Notes under the pieces: model-generated | Database searches by the model: none | Told to the model about the DNA's origin: nothing | Seen by the model: the letters and a program-made list of their open reading frames with translations, nothing else | Translations under genes and position numbers: made by a program | NCBI GenBank assembly: GCA_964016885.1 | Contig: OZ024743.1 | Location: 177,196,001-177,260,000, forward strand | From: Eledone cirrhosa | Lineage: Eukaryota | Reading direction: 5' to 3' | DNA: 64,000 bases | Part shown: positions 28,111 to 42,818 of the stretch, piece by piece | Position numbering within the stretch: the stretch's first letter is position 1 | Layout: each line of letters opens with the position of its first letter

Positions 28111-29468
28111 TTCTACGTATAGTAGGAAACCTGTAAACAGAAAAAGTAGCGCTTATGACGATGAGGAGGAACTTAAAGATGATGGTGACAACGGGAATGG
28201 AATGGATCTCCGTCGGCTTCGATGATGAGCACCCTAGTAGTGCGAAAAACAGAACAGACTTCTCATGAAATTAACGTGTAAGTGACTGAGTATTCCACAG
28301 ACAAGTGTACTCTTAACGTAATTCTCAGGAATATAAAGCCTGACTTAATGTGTAACAAAGCTGGACATTTGAAATACAGGTATAGTCTAAAAGCGTGAAA
28401 AATAATGAACGAATTTATAATGAAGGAATTTGAAATGTAGTCGACCCAACGTAAATTGACTACACGAATAGTCAAGCACTAAGTAAAATGTTCCTAACGA
28501 CGGAAAATGGGACAGAGGCGCCTGGGATGTTGCCGGGCGAAGGCGTTAACCATTATGCTAAGAGGTCCTTGGCCACCCTGGGCATTAGCAGTGGAGAGTG
28601 TTGGCCTGGTTTTCCGGGCATTTCAGTGACCCTTCAAAATATTTGGTAGTTCCCAGCTCCTCTCCAGGTGTCCAGAACCCTAGAAAGTTTAAACTGACAG
28701 AAGAAGCAGTTTCCGGGATGTGACTGAAAATCGTTTTGAAAGCCAATAGTGCGAGTCAGGTGAGAACTAGTGTACCTGTCCATCCCTAAGGATGCTGCTG
28801 CTAGACACTCAGATATTCTCTCTACCGAGGGCTTTCATTTAGCACACGGCTTATATGTTAGTGTAATTGTTATTGCTGTTGACATTTACACTCATGGCAT
28901 TTGCGAAGATATTGACCAGGGAAGATACAATAAGAATATGTTGTTTTTTTTTCGTTTGCTTTTTGAACATAAATATTTTGCTGTGCAATGAAATTATAAA
29001 TGTTCTTTTAGTGTTTTTTTTGTGGACCATTGTTTTGTTCGCAGTCAATTTGCTTTTATTTATTATTTTCCTGTTGTAGCTTGCCATTGTTGAAACTATT
29101 TTATAGGTATAGTAAAAAAAGTTGTCTTAAAAAACGATAAAACGTTTTTTGTAGTCTAATGCTTCGAATCCATATGTATACGAACACAATGGTATAAAAA
29201 CTCTATTCTATGTAGTAAATATCTTTATCTCCAAGCAGTGACTTGAAGAACTATCTGACTAGCTTCTAATTACAGCACAAGGCCAGCAGTTTGTGGGGGT
29301 GAGGAATGGAAGAAAGTCAACTATATGGATCTCAGTAAGTGACTATTTTATTTTATCGAACCCGAAAGAGATCCTCTTTCTACTTATTAGATTTTTAAAG
29401 AATATAGTTGGGTGGCAGGAATTCATGTGGATGTAACAAAGGTTTTTCGTTTGGTTGGTGGAATGGTT

Positions 29469-29513
<45 letters not shown>

Positions 29514-31454
29514 ATAGATATAAGTTGATACTGGAAAGCTGACGTTAGTGAGTCCCTATTCAGTTTTTGCTAAAATCATCAAAGTCGGAAAAATATTTTT
29601 TCTCGAGATAGAGGATATCTCAGTTTGTAATTTAACAAAATCTTTGAATTTATCATCTCGAATTTTTTAACAAATCCTATTTATTTTCGTTTACTCAATC
29701 TTGCAGACCTGCCAACCTCTAAAAACCGAAAGAGGAAGTACCATGGAAAAAAAGTGCCCAAAACTGGGAGAAATGAGGCATAATGGGGGTATTTTACATA
29801 ATAAAAGCTATACCCATTTTCACTAGAGAAGGCATCTCTCACCCGCTCCAAAGTGGGTGGGGGATCTCTGTGTGGCATCTCGTCACGACCAACTTTATGT
29901 TAGACTCATGAGAGTATGGGTCTCTGCAAAGGGAACTTCAACTATGAGTCATCACAGATGGTATTTAGCTATTGTAAGGTCGTTCCCTGCGTACAAACAC
30001 AACAGAACAATCTGACTCTACCAGAATCTCTTATGTATAAGACAAACATGTAAGCAGCAAGATTATGTTCTATAATTGAGCAGATAGCAATGGCCGTGTC
30101 CTACTTTGGTCAAAACACATTGCTAACACAGAGAAAAAAATCAATAGACATATACATATAGGCATATGTTTGAGTGAGTGAGTATATATGTACGTCGTGT
30201 GTGAGTGTGTTGTGTGTGTATCTGTGTGCGTGCGTCTGTGTGTGTCGTGTGTGCATACATGTGTGTGTGTGTACGCGCATTGTGCGTGTGTATGTGTATG
30301 TCGTATGTGTGTGTTGTATGTGTATATTGTGTTGTGTGTACATGTGTGCGCCTGTGTAAGTGTGCTGTGCATGTGTGGGTGTATCTGTGTGTGTATGTGT
30401 GCGCGTATGAGTGTGTGTGTGTGTGTGTGTGTGCGTATGAGTGCGTGTGTGTGTGTGCGCGCGTATGAGTGCGTGTGTGTGTGTGCGCGCGTATGAGTGC
30501 GCATGTGTGTGTTCAAGTTATGCAGAATTCCCTTTAAAGTTGACATTTAGCGTTTACCGAGATGTGAGATAGTTGAATATATATAATACGCGTACATAAT
30601 ACATACATAATAGAAAATAAAACAAAATGAAACCGAATGTTTTCAAAGGTTACCCACATTTTATTGCAGTTTTTATACTGCATTTGCCGGCTTCTTCTTT
30701 GTTCCTTTTTTCATCTACAGTCGTCTTTCTGTCTGAATTTCTAATGCCTGTCTATTTCGTTGAAAGCTGGATATGTTGTCGAGCATATTTTACGACCTTC
30801 ATACGTTATATACTATATATGTGTTATACATGATTTGATAACTGCCCCTTCATTAAAAAAGAGGGCCATGTCTTCAACGAATTCCCTGCTATTATGAACC
30901 ACCGCCAACTGCAGGTTGCTGGCCTGTTTGATGACTGGACAGGCTTTGTTTATGTCACCTTTTCTAGGCCCTCCCCATTTGGTATGGCTGAGCAGCGCAT
31001 CTCCAAAATGGGATGCTCAGTCGCCCAAGTCCCTGCCGAAGCATATTGCTGTTCAGGTTAACAGTACAGCGACGATAGGATAATACTCGAGGTGCCCACG
31101 TACAGATTTGTAACTATGCGTTTCTAGCCTGTCGATCCTGCACACGTGCCCCTCCCCCGTAGGACTTTTGAAGAAATATCTACATATAAAGATAGCAATG
31201 CTAAATCTTGTTCCACACACATAGCAACCACTTCATCCCAATAGCTATGTGTCCAGTGACAAACCAAGGCAAGATAACAGGACAGTTACGAGGATCTCAT
31301 GTGTTATTGTCATAGAGTTTAACCTCTCCCGAGGTGAAGCCAAAGTGTTGGCCAATTGCAGGTTAGTGAGGTTATTTAACCCACAGTTGGAGTAGATGGT
31401 TGTTAACTCTGTGGAGTTCATCCGAACACAAACATACATACATACATATGTCTA

Positions 31455-31595
31455 TATTCTTAGAATTGTACCTGTGATCACTGGGGCTCTGGAATATATT
31501 ACCAACTACCTCAATATAAATCTTGAGAAGCTGGGCTTTACAGAATCAGAAAGGACACGGCTAGTTAGAAAACTGCAAGTACAGTCCATTAATGA
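31455..31595 (+). mobile_element. R4/Dong-like RLE retrotransposon 3' fragment
   Basis: RIVPVITGALEYITNYLNINLEKLGF...LVRKLQVQSI resembles the VPVxIGALG...LQ C-terminus. Confidence 0.55.
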
Positions 31596-31767
31596 CAGAA
31601 ATTCAGGATATAATAATTGCATATACACATGTATAGACACAGAATCATATATAACTAAAATCATACAGATCCACACAGAAAATAGCAACCTTGTCTGCAC
31701 CCCCCCCCCCCCCGCCACATACATATATACATACGTATTTACCTAGTTGATATCTATATTAGAAACT

Positions 31768-31820
<53 letters not shown>

Positions 31821-32998
31821 TTTCGTCTACATGTTCTCGTCTGGAAATCATTGATAATGTGGTGTTAAGTCAAACTATTAATGTTTATTTATTATTTCAT
31901 CAGTTTAAACAACCGCATAGATCTAGCACGTCGTAGGAGACTAGGACAGGTATCTTGTCCCCCTAACAATTAAAAACGCAAACGATAGAGAGAGGGCGGG
32001 GGGGGGGGAGAAAAAAGAGGAGACAAAGAAGCATAAATAAGAGAAAAAGGTTAAAAACAAAGACTATAAGGCTAAACATTTCTGTTGTTGAATCATTTCG
32101 TAACGTACGTCCATGTACGGAAATATCTTGTTTATAGTTGGTAGATCATTGACGATAGATTGTATCTCCAATCTTAGTATCGAATACTTCTTACATCCTT
32201 AAGATGTCCCTCTCTCTCTCTTAGACTGGTAATGTTTCTGTTGTTGAACCTTTTCATAGCTTCATAGTTGATAGATGTTTGACAATATATTGTACCTACG
32301 ATTTTGGTAGTTTTTAATGATCAGCTTCAAGATGTCCCCTTTCTGAAGCTGATAGTTTCAACATACGAATAAATAGTGTCAAATAATTCCTGGGAAGTCT
32401 TCACAAGAACATAGAGGTGATTATCTACGGCCTGTTTGTGATAAAATATAGTTCAACGGTATATGTCTAGTTCGAAAACAGCAACGCCTTCATATATTTC
32501 AAATGTTTACAGATCTGGTTGAGAAAATGGAGGATTGAAATCTGAGTCCTTATCTCTAGAAGCTTTCCAAATATGTTTCCCACCCTTGAGTAATCAAATT
32601 TTAGCTAAATGTTTACAATTGCGATATATTTGGAACGTGGCCTATATATATTATTACCTTTTGTATTCCCACCTTTCTTAATTCATTTACTTTCCTCTTT
32701 CACCTAATAACTTTAATATCTGGTATCCACATGATTGATAATTGTTTATTATTCTCTGAATCGATTATTAGCAGAACAGTTTCAATGTCTCTAACCCAAT
32801 GTCTTTATCTTGGTTGAAACAGTTATAGGTTCGATAAACAATCAGTAATTAGAAAAGCATTTTCCTATGGTATTTCTTCAGCCGAGTCTATAGATAATAT
32901 CATTTCTCACCAATCTCAACTTGCACATTTCTGCTGACTGCACTTTTCTTTCGTTTGTACACACACACACACACACACACATATACATACATCCACAT

Positions 32999-33072
<74 letters not shown>

Positions 33073-33102
33073 ACACACACACACACACAAACACGTATAT
33101 AT

Positions 33103-33508
33103 ATCTGGGATGCCACTTACACCGACACTTTCTGCAGCCGCAACCTGGTGCAGTCTGCGTCTGACCCAGGTTCTGCTGCACGTCGGGCTGAGGGCGCCAA
33201 ACTCCTCAAATACCGGTCGCTCTCCGATAGGTTTGCGGTCGTACCCCTGGCAGTGGAAATTTCTGGTGTCCTCGGCCCCAGGGCTACCTCCTTACTCACC
33301 ACCATAGACGCTGAGCTGGCCAGCCGCAAGTGTGAGCCTCGCGAGTTGGAGTGGCTTTTCCAGTGCGTCTCCCTTGCTGTCCTCTGGGGAAACGCCTTCT
33401 CCATTCCGTCCGCCGGGGCTGTGGGTGGGCCCCATCACGTACCGTTGTAGTTATTGTATACAGACAAATATAAGTGTATACCAATGTGGTGGCCTCTACA
33501 TTAAAAAG
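33103..33508 (+). mobile_element. 5'-truncated CRE-clade non-LTR retrotransposon (restriction-like endonuclease C-terminus)
   Basis: IWDATYTDTF then, after a frameshift, GSAARRAEGAKLLKY...FAVVPLAVEISGVLG...EPRELEWLFQCVSLAVLWGNA, matching the CRE consensus WD.T..DT/AE..K..KY/P.AVET.G/QRGNA. Inserted in (CA)n/(TA)n. Confidence 0.8.
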
Positions 33509-33550
33509 GTCAGCTTAGTCATCCTATATTCTTATATATATATATATATT

Positions 33551-33591
<41 letters not shown>

Positions 33592-33598
33592 TTAAGGA

Positions 33599-33629
<31 letters not shown>

Positions 33630-34308
33630 CTATAAGGATGATACTATTTATGGTTATGTATATAATAAAACCATAAATATATATGTATATAATAAAACCT
33701 GCTCTAACTGCTTGTTTTACATGTAACAATCTGCCGCACTATAATCCTGTATAAATAAGACACGCGTACATGCCACATGTGAGACTGTTTCATACACTGA
33801 CTACTCTAAACTTTCCTCTTGCTTTATCTTCATAAACTGACAATATTTTATTTTTATTTTATTTTTATTTTAACTTTAATTTTGTCCTTTAATATGACTG
33901 TAACCTTTGTATGTAAATTGCCATGCTATATTATTATGATGGATGTCAACCCACTGTGGGTCAATATATACATATGTGTTTATATGTCTCTTGTGTTGAA
34001 AAGGAGGTCAAGTATGTAAAAAATCACTAAATAGTTGCTCCGAAGAATCCAAACCTCGGTTTGGGGGAAACAATTGTAAGCAAATAAATGATTTAAACTG
34101 AACTTTGATTCATGTAATTTCTACACACACATATATATATATATATATACCTATATATATATATACTTAGGTTAATAGGAGTTAGGTATTGTATACCCGT
34201 GTCCCATTAAGGTATTGGCAGCATAATAATTAGCTCTATGCTTTGGAGCAGAGCCGTATATATGAAAAAGAACACAAGAGCGTCTACAACATCAACAGAT
34301 TTTTATTG

Positions 34309-34353
34309 GCTTACAATGTTTCTTCCTTACGTAACCGTAGGATTCGTCAGAGC
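34309..34353 (-). ncRNA. Minimal hammerhead motif in a probable PLE 3' remnant (about 34145-35003)
   Basis: GCT-CTGACGA-ATCCTACG(GTTA)CGTAAGGAA-GAAA-CATTG-TA-AGC. Confidence 0.6.
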
Positions 34354-35039
34354 TATAAAAGGGGTTTGATTGGTGTTATGGACTCTACCAACCAAACATT
34401 CAAGAACAAAGAGTAAAGAGAGTAAAGAGCAAAAGTAGGGGACGATAAGTCTAATTTTGGTGCGGGAGGGTGGGGTGTGGGTCCTTGTTTACTAGCTGCG
34501 GTCATATTCATTCCCGGGAGTCGGGTGGTTAGCTGAACCATAGATGGGGTGGCGTCGATAGTATGGTGCAGAGGCTACACAAACACAAAGGGCATACAAT
34601 ATATATAGCGGAGGAGAAAGTACATGAGGTAATTAGAAATGGAAAAAGAGTAATAATAATAACCTATAATTAATAGTGTATAATAAGGCATGGGGAAGAT
34701 TACACTATAATAAGGTATAAAAGTAAGAATAAGGTAAAATATAAAGGAGGATAGAAGTAGAAATAAAAAAAAATATATATATATAGAGAATATATAAAGA
34801 AATATAAGCGAATATTTGGAGAGGAAAACACAATGTAAAAAAAAACGATTTTTTCAAATAATAATAAAAATATAATAATTATGGGGGGAGAAAACGGGAT
34901 AGAGAAATATGATCAAGTGTGATTAGTTGAGAGAATATAAGATGATAATAGTATGATCTTATTATCATCTTATATTCTCTCAACTAATCACACTTGATCA
35001 TATATGTACATATATATACATATATATATAAATATACAT

Positions 35040-35182
<143 letters not shown>

Positions 35183-35189
35183 CATATAC

Positions 35190-35430
<241 letters not shown>

Positions 35431-35480
35431 TATATAGATATACACATATATATATATATACATATATATATATACATACA

Positions 35481-35516
<36 letters not shown>

Positions 35517-35568
35517 CATATATATATACATACATATATATATATATATATCTATATATACATATATA

Positions 35569-35637
<69 letters not shown>

Positions 35638-35644
35638 GTATATA

Positions 35645-35675
<31 letters not shown>

Positions 35676-35681
35676 GCATAC

Positions 35682-35729
<48 letters not shown>

Positions 35730-35777
35730 TCATATATATATATACTTTATATATATATATATATATATACATACACA

Positions 35778-35813
<36 letters not shown>

Positions 35814-35851
35814 CATTCATATATATATATATATATATTTATATATATTTT

Positions 35852-36061
35852 TATACTTGGGGAGGGTCATATTTGTGTAATATTGCCAGAATTAATAACA
35901 GAACACACTCACTGTTTGGTTGGTTTTCGCTTCTGTGTCTTTTATATCGGTAATCTAATTTATTCGGTCCTCAATGTTGCCATTGACTGACCAGACCCTC
36001 CCCAAGTATAACAATATTTGTTTCGACACACGATTTCATATAAAAAACCTCGCAAAACTAA

Positions 36062-36062
<1 letters not shown>
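35852..36062. mobile_element. Small inverted terminus of a PLE related to the 55.7-60.8 kb family
   Basis: gaccctccccaagtataacaatat...acacacgatttca resembles the ORF start of the full element. Inverted pair atacttggggagggtc / gaccctccccaagtat. (TA)n flanks. Confidence 0.65.
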
Positions 36063-36098
<36 letters not shown>

Positions 36099-36362
36099 GC
36101 ATATATATATATACATACACACATATATATATATATTTTTTTTTTCGATCGACTTTCGTCAAATCGGACCAAGGAAACAACGTTTCAATTGGTCTTTCCA
36201 ATTGCTGATACTATCTATTGATCGCAACTCCAGGTAGAAGGAGCAATGTGAAATAAAGTGTCTTGCTCAAGGACATAACGCATCACCCGATCCGGGAATC
36301 GAACTCATAACCTCATGGTTGTGAACCCAATTCTCTAACCAACACACCCAGAAGCCTTCACT

Positions 36363-36591
<229 letters not shown>

Positions 36592-36607
36592 TTATACAAT
36601 ACGTACG

Positions 36608-37099
36608 GAAGTTTTAGGAGGCCGTAGCTATCTAAACACCATGCGGTTAACGCCCCGTGGTGGTATCCAGTAGAAGCAAGGGGGACAACCGTCTATGCAT
36701 TTCAGGCTTAACTGCCCAACGTCAGGACGATCCCTCCCCCATTTTGCGACTGCTGGACTTGGAAACAGTCGAGAATATATAGTTTTCTCGTCTGTGTAAA
36801 TGAGGTGATTAATCTCATTTGCATATGAAGCTGCATACGTTGGCTCAATTTATAATAAAAAAGAAAATTTCGCTTCGTAGCTTTATTATAAGTTGAGCCA
36901 AATCATTTACACAGACGAGAAGACTATATATTCTCGACTGTTTTCAAGTCCAGCAGTCGCAAGAGGGGGGAGCAATCGTCCTGACGATGGCCAGTCAAGC
37001 ATGAAATGCATAGACGGTTGTCACCGTTGCTTTTATTGGATACCACCAGGGGGCATTAGTCCCCCCTGTGTTTACATAGCTACGGCTTCCTAAAACTTC
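36608..37099. mobile_element. Foldback MITE (about 490 bp, long diverged inverted arms)
   Basis: gaagttttaggaggccgtagcta... / ...tagctacggcttcctaaaacttc; complementarity extends to a ~20-nt centre. TA-rich flanks. Confidence 0.8.
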
Positions 37100-37146
<47 letters not shown>

Positions 37147-37358
37147 GATGGCTGCCCCATCGTTATCGAGTATGACCATTGCATGATATACCATTATTAA
37201 TAATTATTAATTAATTCTATCGTGCAATGACTGTGCGTGAAGATATATTTTAAAGTGAATAGTGCCTAAGGTTTTCATGTTTACATAAAGTACGTTTTTC
37301 TTCTATGTATTCAAATTTACTTTGTTTAGTTTAATGAGCTACATCGAAAGCTACTTGA

Positions 37359-37450
37359 ACCGTCCAACGGACGGGTACTTTAGCTAGTATATATCTATAT
37401 ATATAAAACTGAGGTTGTCTGTCTGTCTGTCTACTAAAACCTTCGGCACA
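37359..37450 (+). mobile_element. Helitron head-to-tail junction (3' hairpin plus CTAG, then a TC 5' end)
   Basis: CCGTCC-aac-GGACGG hairpin, CTAG at 37384-37387, then tctatatatataaaactgaggttgtctgtctgtctg. Confidence 0.7.
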
Positions 37451-39321
37451 CACCTCCTCTTAAACCGTACGTTCAAATTTCGGTGAAATTGCTACACTTA
37501 TAGATGAAGGTCCGGCGGAGTCATCGTTCAAAACATCTTTCAAATCGACCCACGCGAAATGTAAAAATCGAATTTGTAATGTGTTGATTTTTCAGTTCAA
37601 ATGTATAAATAGAGATGAGAGACGAGTTATTTCCCTTTTATGGCGTCATTTGTTTATCTATTTTCGTTACGAACAAACTACACGTACAAAAATACGCGAA
37701 CAGATTTCGGGCCAGCAAAATTTTAACCTGCAAAATTCATGAGTTCGAAGTTTCAATATTAAGCTTCCATTTTGCTTCATTTCCATTAAAAAGTCTTTTA
37801 AAACAATATTTCAGCGCATCAGCCTCGCCATCACAAGAAGCAACGCTGCGAGTGTGCTGGCGTGCCTAAAAAACCATTAGAGAGGTTGCCCAGTACTCGC
37901 GACGTTTCTATCTTTTGCTCTGGTGTTGGCTCCGTTGTTCACCCTTTCTTTCATTTTTTTTAATATTGTAGCATTGAAGGAATATATCTTTCATTGTATC
38001 ATCCTTTGTAGTGTTACCGAGGCATTTGTAATGTTATTTATGTATATATTTAAAACATATTTGTTATGTTATTCTACTGTAAATTTATTTATACGCTCTG
38101 TTTATATTTTCATTCTCAAAAATCTATGAAACTACATACATGTTGCAACTCTCTCTAAGAGAGCGGGTATGAAAAAAGGGAGAGGGGTTGAGAAAGAAAA
38201 AAAGTTTAAGCAAAGAATCGCTGCTGTCAACATTAACGGGATCTTCTTAAACTACAAAATTCAATCTATGAACGCAGAATTAAATATTTCGAGAAACGTT
38301 GCAATCGAAGGAAAACCCGAAGACGATATTTTGGTTCGTGAAGACGTTCCCTGGCAATGAACGGAAAAAAAGCGAGGATAATACGTCGTTATGTGGACTG
38401 AGAAGAACAATTTCATGCAAAGACGAGACCAAGTTTATGGTGTAAATGGAGTCGTTAGACTAATATTCTATTTAAAATAACCGAATGATTTCCAGTCCCT
38501 GAGTTTAAGAATGATGTAAATAAAATTGTAAACGAAAATGACAGAAGTTATTAAAATAGTTGTTTCTACTTTTGGCACAAGGCCAGCAATTACCCAGTAC
38601 ATTACTGGTACTTTATTTTATCGATCCCGTAATGATGAAAGGCAAAGTTAACCTCGACGGGATTTTAACTTTGCCTTAAAATAGTAAAAGTAAATAGTGA
38701 AGATTTAGGCCATGTGTACGTCCGTCGGCGCATACATACGTATGCGCCGACGGACATACACATACATATACATACGTACACACAAATACATACACACAGA
38801 CACACACGTGTGTGTGTAAACCTTATGCATTTCTACAGTATTTTCACCAAACTTAAGACATAGGTTACTTATGTACTCTGGATGATGATGGGCACTTTCA
38901 TTTTTCCAGATATTGATTATAGGGCCTCCCAGCAGATAACTCCCTTTAACCACTTCCTTGGAGTCGACTGAAGCACTGCAGTTCAATGCAACAAAACGTC
39001 ATAACTTCTGGAATTCGCAACCGATTTTCACAAAACTTGATACATGAGCTGCGTTTGTTCTACAGATGAATGTGAACTCTCAGAGTTAGCACATATTGAG
39101 TAGAGGGCAAGAACCTCCTTTTGGAAAAAGCCGATGATTTTGTAAAAGTATAGTTTTCCAAGCAGCACTGAAGTATTGACATAAATGGTATACACAACTG
39201 GTATACATACCTCTGATAGTATATTATAAAAGTAACGAAGATCGCTGGTATTAATTCAACGTTCTCAGGCCAACCTCTTGTTCACTCAATTGTGTGTCAC
39301 TTCTTAAAATTCTAAATATAT

Positions 39322-39357
<36 letters not shown>

Positions 39358-39372
39358 ACACACACACACAAG

Positions 39373-39403
<31 letters not shown>

Positions 39404-40023
39404 TCATTTATACTTTCACCTGTTTCAACTCGTGGGTTGTTGACATGCAGGAGCATCACCATCACTGTCGCTACATAATATATAAACCTTCTTCATTGTT
39501 TGGCTTTTGATGAATGAGGGTGTTTGATATTGCTGGACTTATTTAAGTTTCTTGTCACCATATAACATTTTCTGGAATCTCAGATAATAAAAAATCCAGC
39601 TATTGTTTTTTAAAGACAGTTATAAGCACTCCCGTTAGATCTTTTAATGTTTTCTGCAGGAGATTGACGAGCTGTGGCTCTTTTGAACACTAAGCTATTG
39701 CAGGTCCTCACTCTAGATTGGGTGGAATGAACATTTGGAATATATTTATCAAAGTTTTGTTTGCCCAACGAAACGTTTTGAAACGGTGAATAGAAACATA
39801 GTATGGTGTATCTTAGAAATGTCGGGCTACCCACATAAGTTTGTTAATATCTTCGTCAACATCGCTTTGGTATGGCGTTCTACTTCAAATCTAAGGGTGT
39901 ACATGTGGCCAATGGTATCAAGCAGGGGATACATCAGCAACAAATATATTCTCCATATACTTTACAGTCGTAATTATCAGTGTAAAAACGGCAGTAATTA
40001 TCAGTAATTATCAGTGTAAAATC

Positions 40024-40207
40024 AGGCAGTAAAAAAGTTATTTTTAGGCAGTGAAAAAGTCACTTTTAGGCGGTGAAAAAGTTATTTTTTGTCTATGAAA
40101 AAGTTATCTTTAGATTTTGGAAAAGTTATTTTTAGTCAGTGGAAAGGTTATTTTTAGATTTTGTAAAATTTATTTTTAGGCAGTGAAAAAGTTATTTTTA
40201 GATTTTG
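40024..40207. repeat. ~21-bp degenerate tandem repeat
   Basis: aaaaagttatttttaggcagtg variants, about 9 copies. Confidence 0.8.
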
Positions 40208-40439
40208 ATTACCTTAATTTCAAAAGTAGAATTTCTGTTTACTATGGTGTCATTTTAGGTACATTTGTTTCTTTGTCATTCTATATCAGATACTTCTGAA
40301 TCAGGCTCCAAATCATCAGCAAATATTAGTCAATAACGAGTGATGTTTTAGGACCTGAATCAGAAATATCTGAGATAAACAGCTAAAGAAACATCGCTTC
40401 CTAAAATGACAGCATATTTAGTGTTTAGTATACTGAATA

Positions 40440-40525
<86 letters not shown>

Positions 40526-40719
40526 CATATGCATATATACATATATATGTGAATACTTTATTACATATACATTGATTTTTACTAGACTAGAACTGTTTTA
40601 CGCGTTTGAATTAAAATATTTGCCTTCTTACCTACTAAATATGGTGAATACCTTATTTAACTGCCGTTTCCTTCCGTTCCATTTCTGATTTTAGTTTTCA
40701 CGCTTATTATTACTATACG

Positions 40720-40762
<43 letters not shown>

Positions 40763-40792
40763 ACATATATATATATATGTTTATATACCTAA

Positions 40793-40824
<32 letters not shown>

Positions 40825-41350
40825 GTGTGTGTGTGTGTGTCTAAATGTACAGGAAAAACAAACACGAGACTTGAAATATGGAAAAAAGTGAAGAATTTTA
40901 TCAAAAGTTCATTCTTTAACATGTTTCAATACAATATAACTCTATATAGTGATGGTTGCATATTAATATTATTATTATTATGCCTATTCACTAGCAATAC
41001 ATTAACTATTTAATTTCTTCAGAAAGATTTCAAAAGGATTTCAAAATATGAGGTAAATTTGTCGAATCCTGCAGTAAAAATATTTCTACTGCTATCCACT
41101 CTGAATAAAAGGCAACTGGATTAAAGGGAGAGGTAGAAAAGATATATTTTTGAGGGACAGAGTGAGAGTAGGAAATAAATGATAAAAAAAAAATACCTAT
41201 GAAAAAAGTAATGAGATGGAATAAAAACCCCCAATCCCCCCAAAAAATACAAGGGGTGAAAATTTACTTCTACATAAACACACATAAGTAATCTTGTTTT
41301 ATTTTTGTTTGTATACTTATATACACGAACAAAATTTACTCGTACATTTA

Positions 41351-41385
<35 letters not shown>

Positions 41386-41611
41386 TGTATAGATATATAT
41401 ATACACACACATATATATATAAATTTGTTAAATATATAATATATAATATCTATTGTTTAGGAGGATTGTTATACCAATCGAAACTGGTTTTATTTAATGC
41501 AACAATAATAAAATTACTGATTCTGTCGGATTAAAGAAAAAATAATCTTTAAATGTACTTCTGATCATTTTATCTTCACTTTTTAATCATAACCTTACAC
41601 CCCTTTTCAAT

Positions 41612-41644
<33 letters not shown>

Positions 41645-41973
41645 GTGACGTTTTTTTTACAAAATGAAAAATAACCGAGGTGTCCTACACGAGTGAAAGT
41701 ATAAAGAAAAAGAGATGAAATCGAAAATGCAACTGGAGTCTTATTTAAAAAAAATATATATATATTTATTTGGTTCCGTTACCGGTTTCACAGTTCTTCT
41801 GCTTTTCAAAAGGTGAGTTGAGATGGAGGGTCTGTGAGAAAAACCACAGACCCTCCATCTCAGCTCACCTTTTGAAAAGCAGAACTGCGAAACCGGTAAA
41901 GGAACCAAATAAATATATATATTTAAAAAAAAATAAGACTCCAGTTGCATTTTCGATTTCATCTCTTTTTCTT

Positions 41974-42037
<64 letters not shown>

Positions 42038-42047
42038 TGTGTGTGTT

Positions 42048-42079
<32 letters not shown>

Positions 42080-42081
42080 CA

Positions 42082-42144
<63 letters not shown>

Positions 42145-42761
42145 AATTGAAATTTTTAATTTTGACATAGATAAACTTTTTTCATTTTTTTATTTTATTT
42201 TTATTTATTTTATATAAAAACCTTTTTTTATACTTATTTTAATTTAATTTTATGTTATTTTATTAATACATTTTTATACTTCTTAATCCAAGTTTTAGTA
42301 TTTAAACCCAATATAAAATAATATACCCACTTTCTATATTTTAGACCTCTAATATTTGAAGACCATCTATAATATTCGAACATACACGTCATCAATTTAC
42401 TTTTTAACCGTTATCTACAGCTGTTTTCATTTTGAAAGCGTTCCTGATCAAAAGTCTCTCTCTTTTTCTCTTTCTCTCTCTTCCTTCTTTCTTTTTTTTT
42501 TTTTTTTTTTTTTTCACTTCTCACTTTCTTTTTCCTTTTTCTCCTTCTTATCTTTTTTTTCTATTTTCCTATCTTTTTCTCACTATTATTTTTCTGTCAT
42601 ATGTAGGTTTTGCACTTTCCTGTTGACAAGTGTTTTTAGGCCTCATATCATGTTACCTTATTTTATCTGACGAGAACACAATTTTTGTCCCAGGATGATG
42701 ATGTTTTCGAAATGCGCATAATAAAATATATGGAACTTCTTTAACCATCTTTTAATTTCCT

Positions 42762-42818
<57 letters not shown>

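Noticed and set aside
32050-32870. Possible minus-strand PLE RT/EN remnant
   Set aside because: Only faint motif traces with many stops; not supportable without a profile search.
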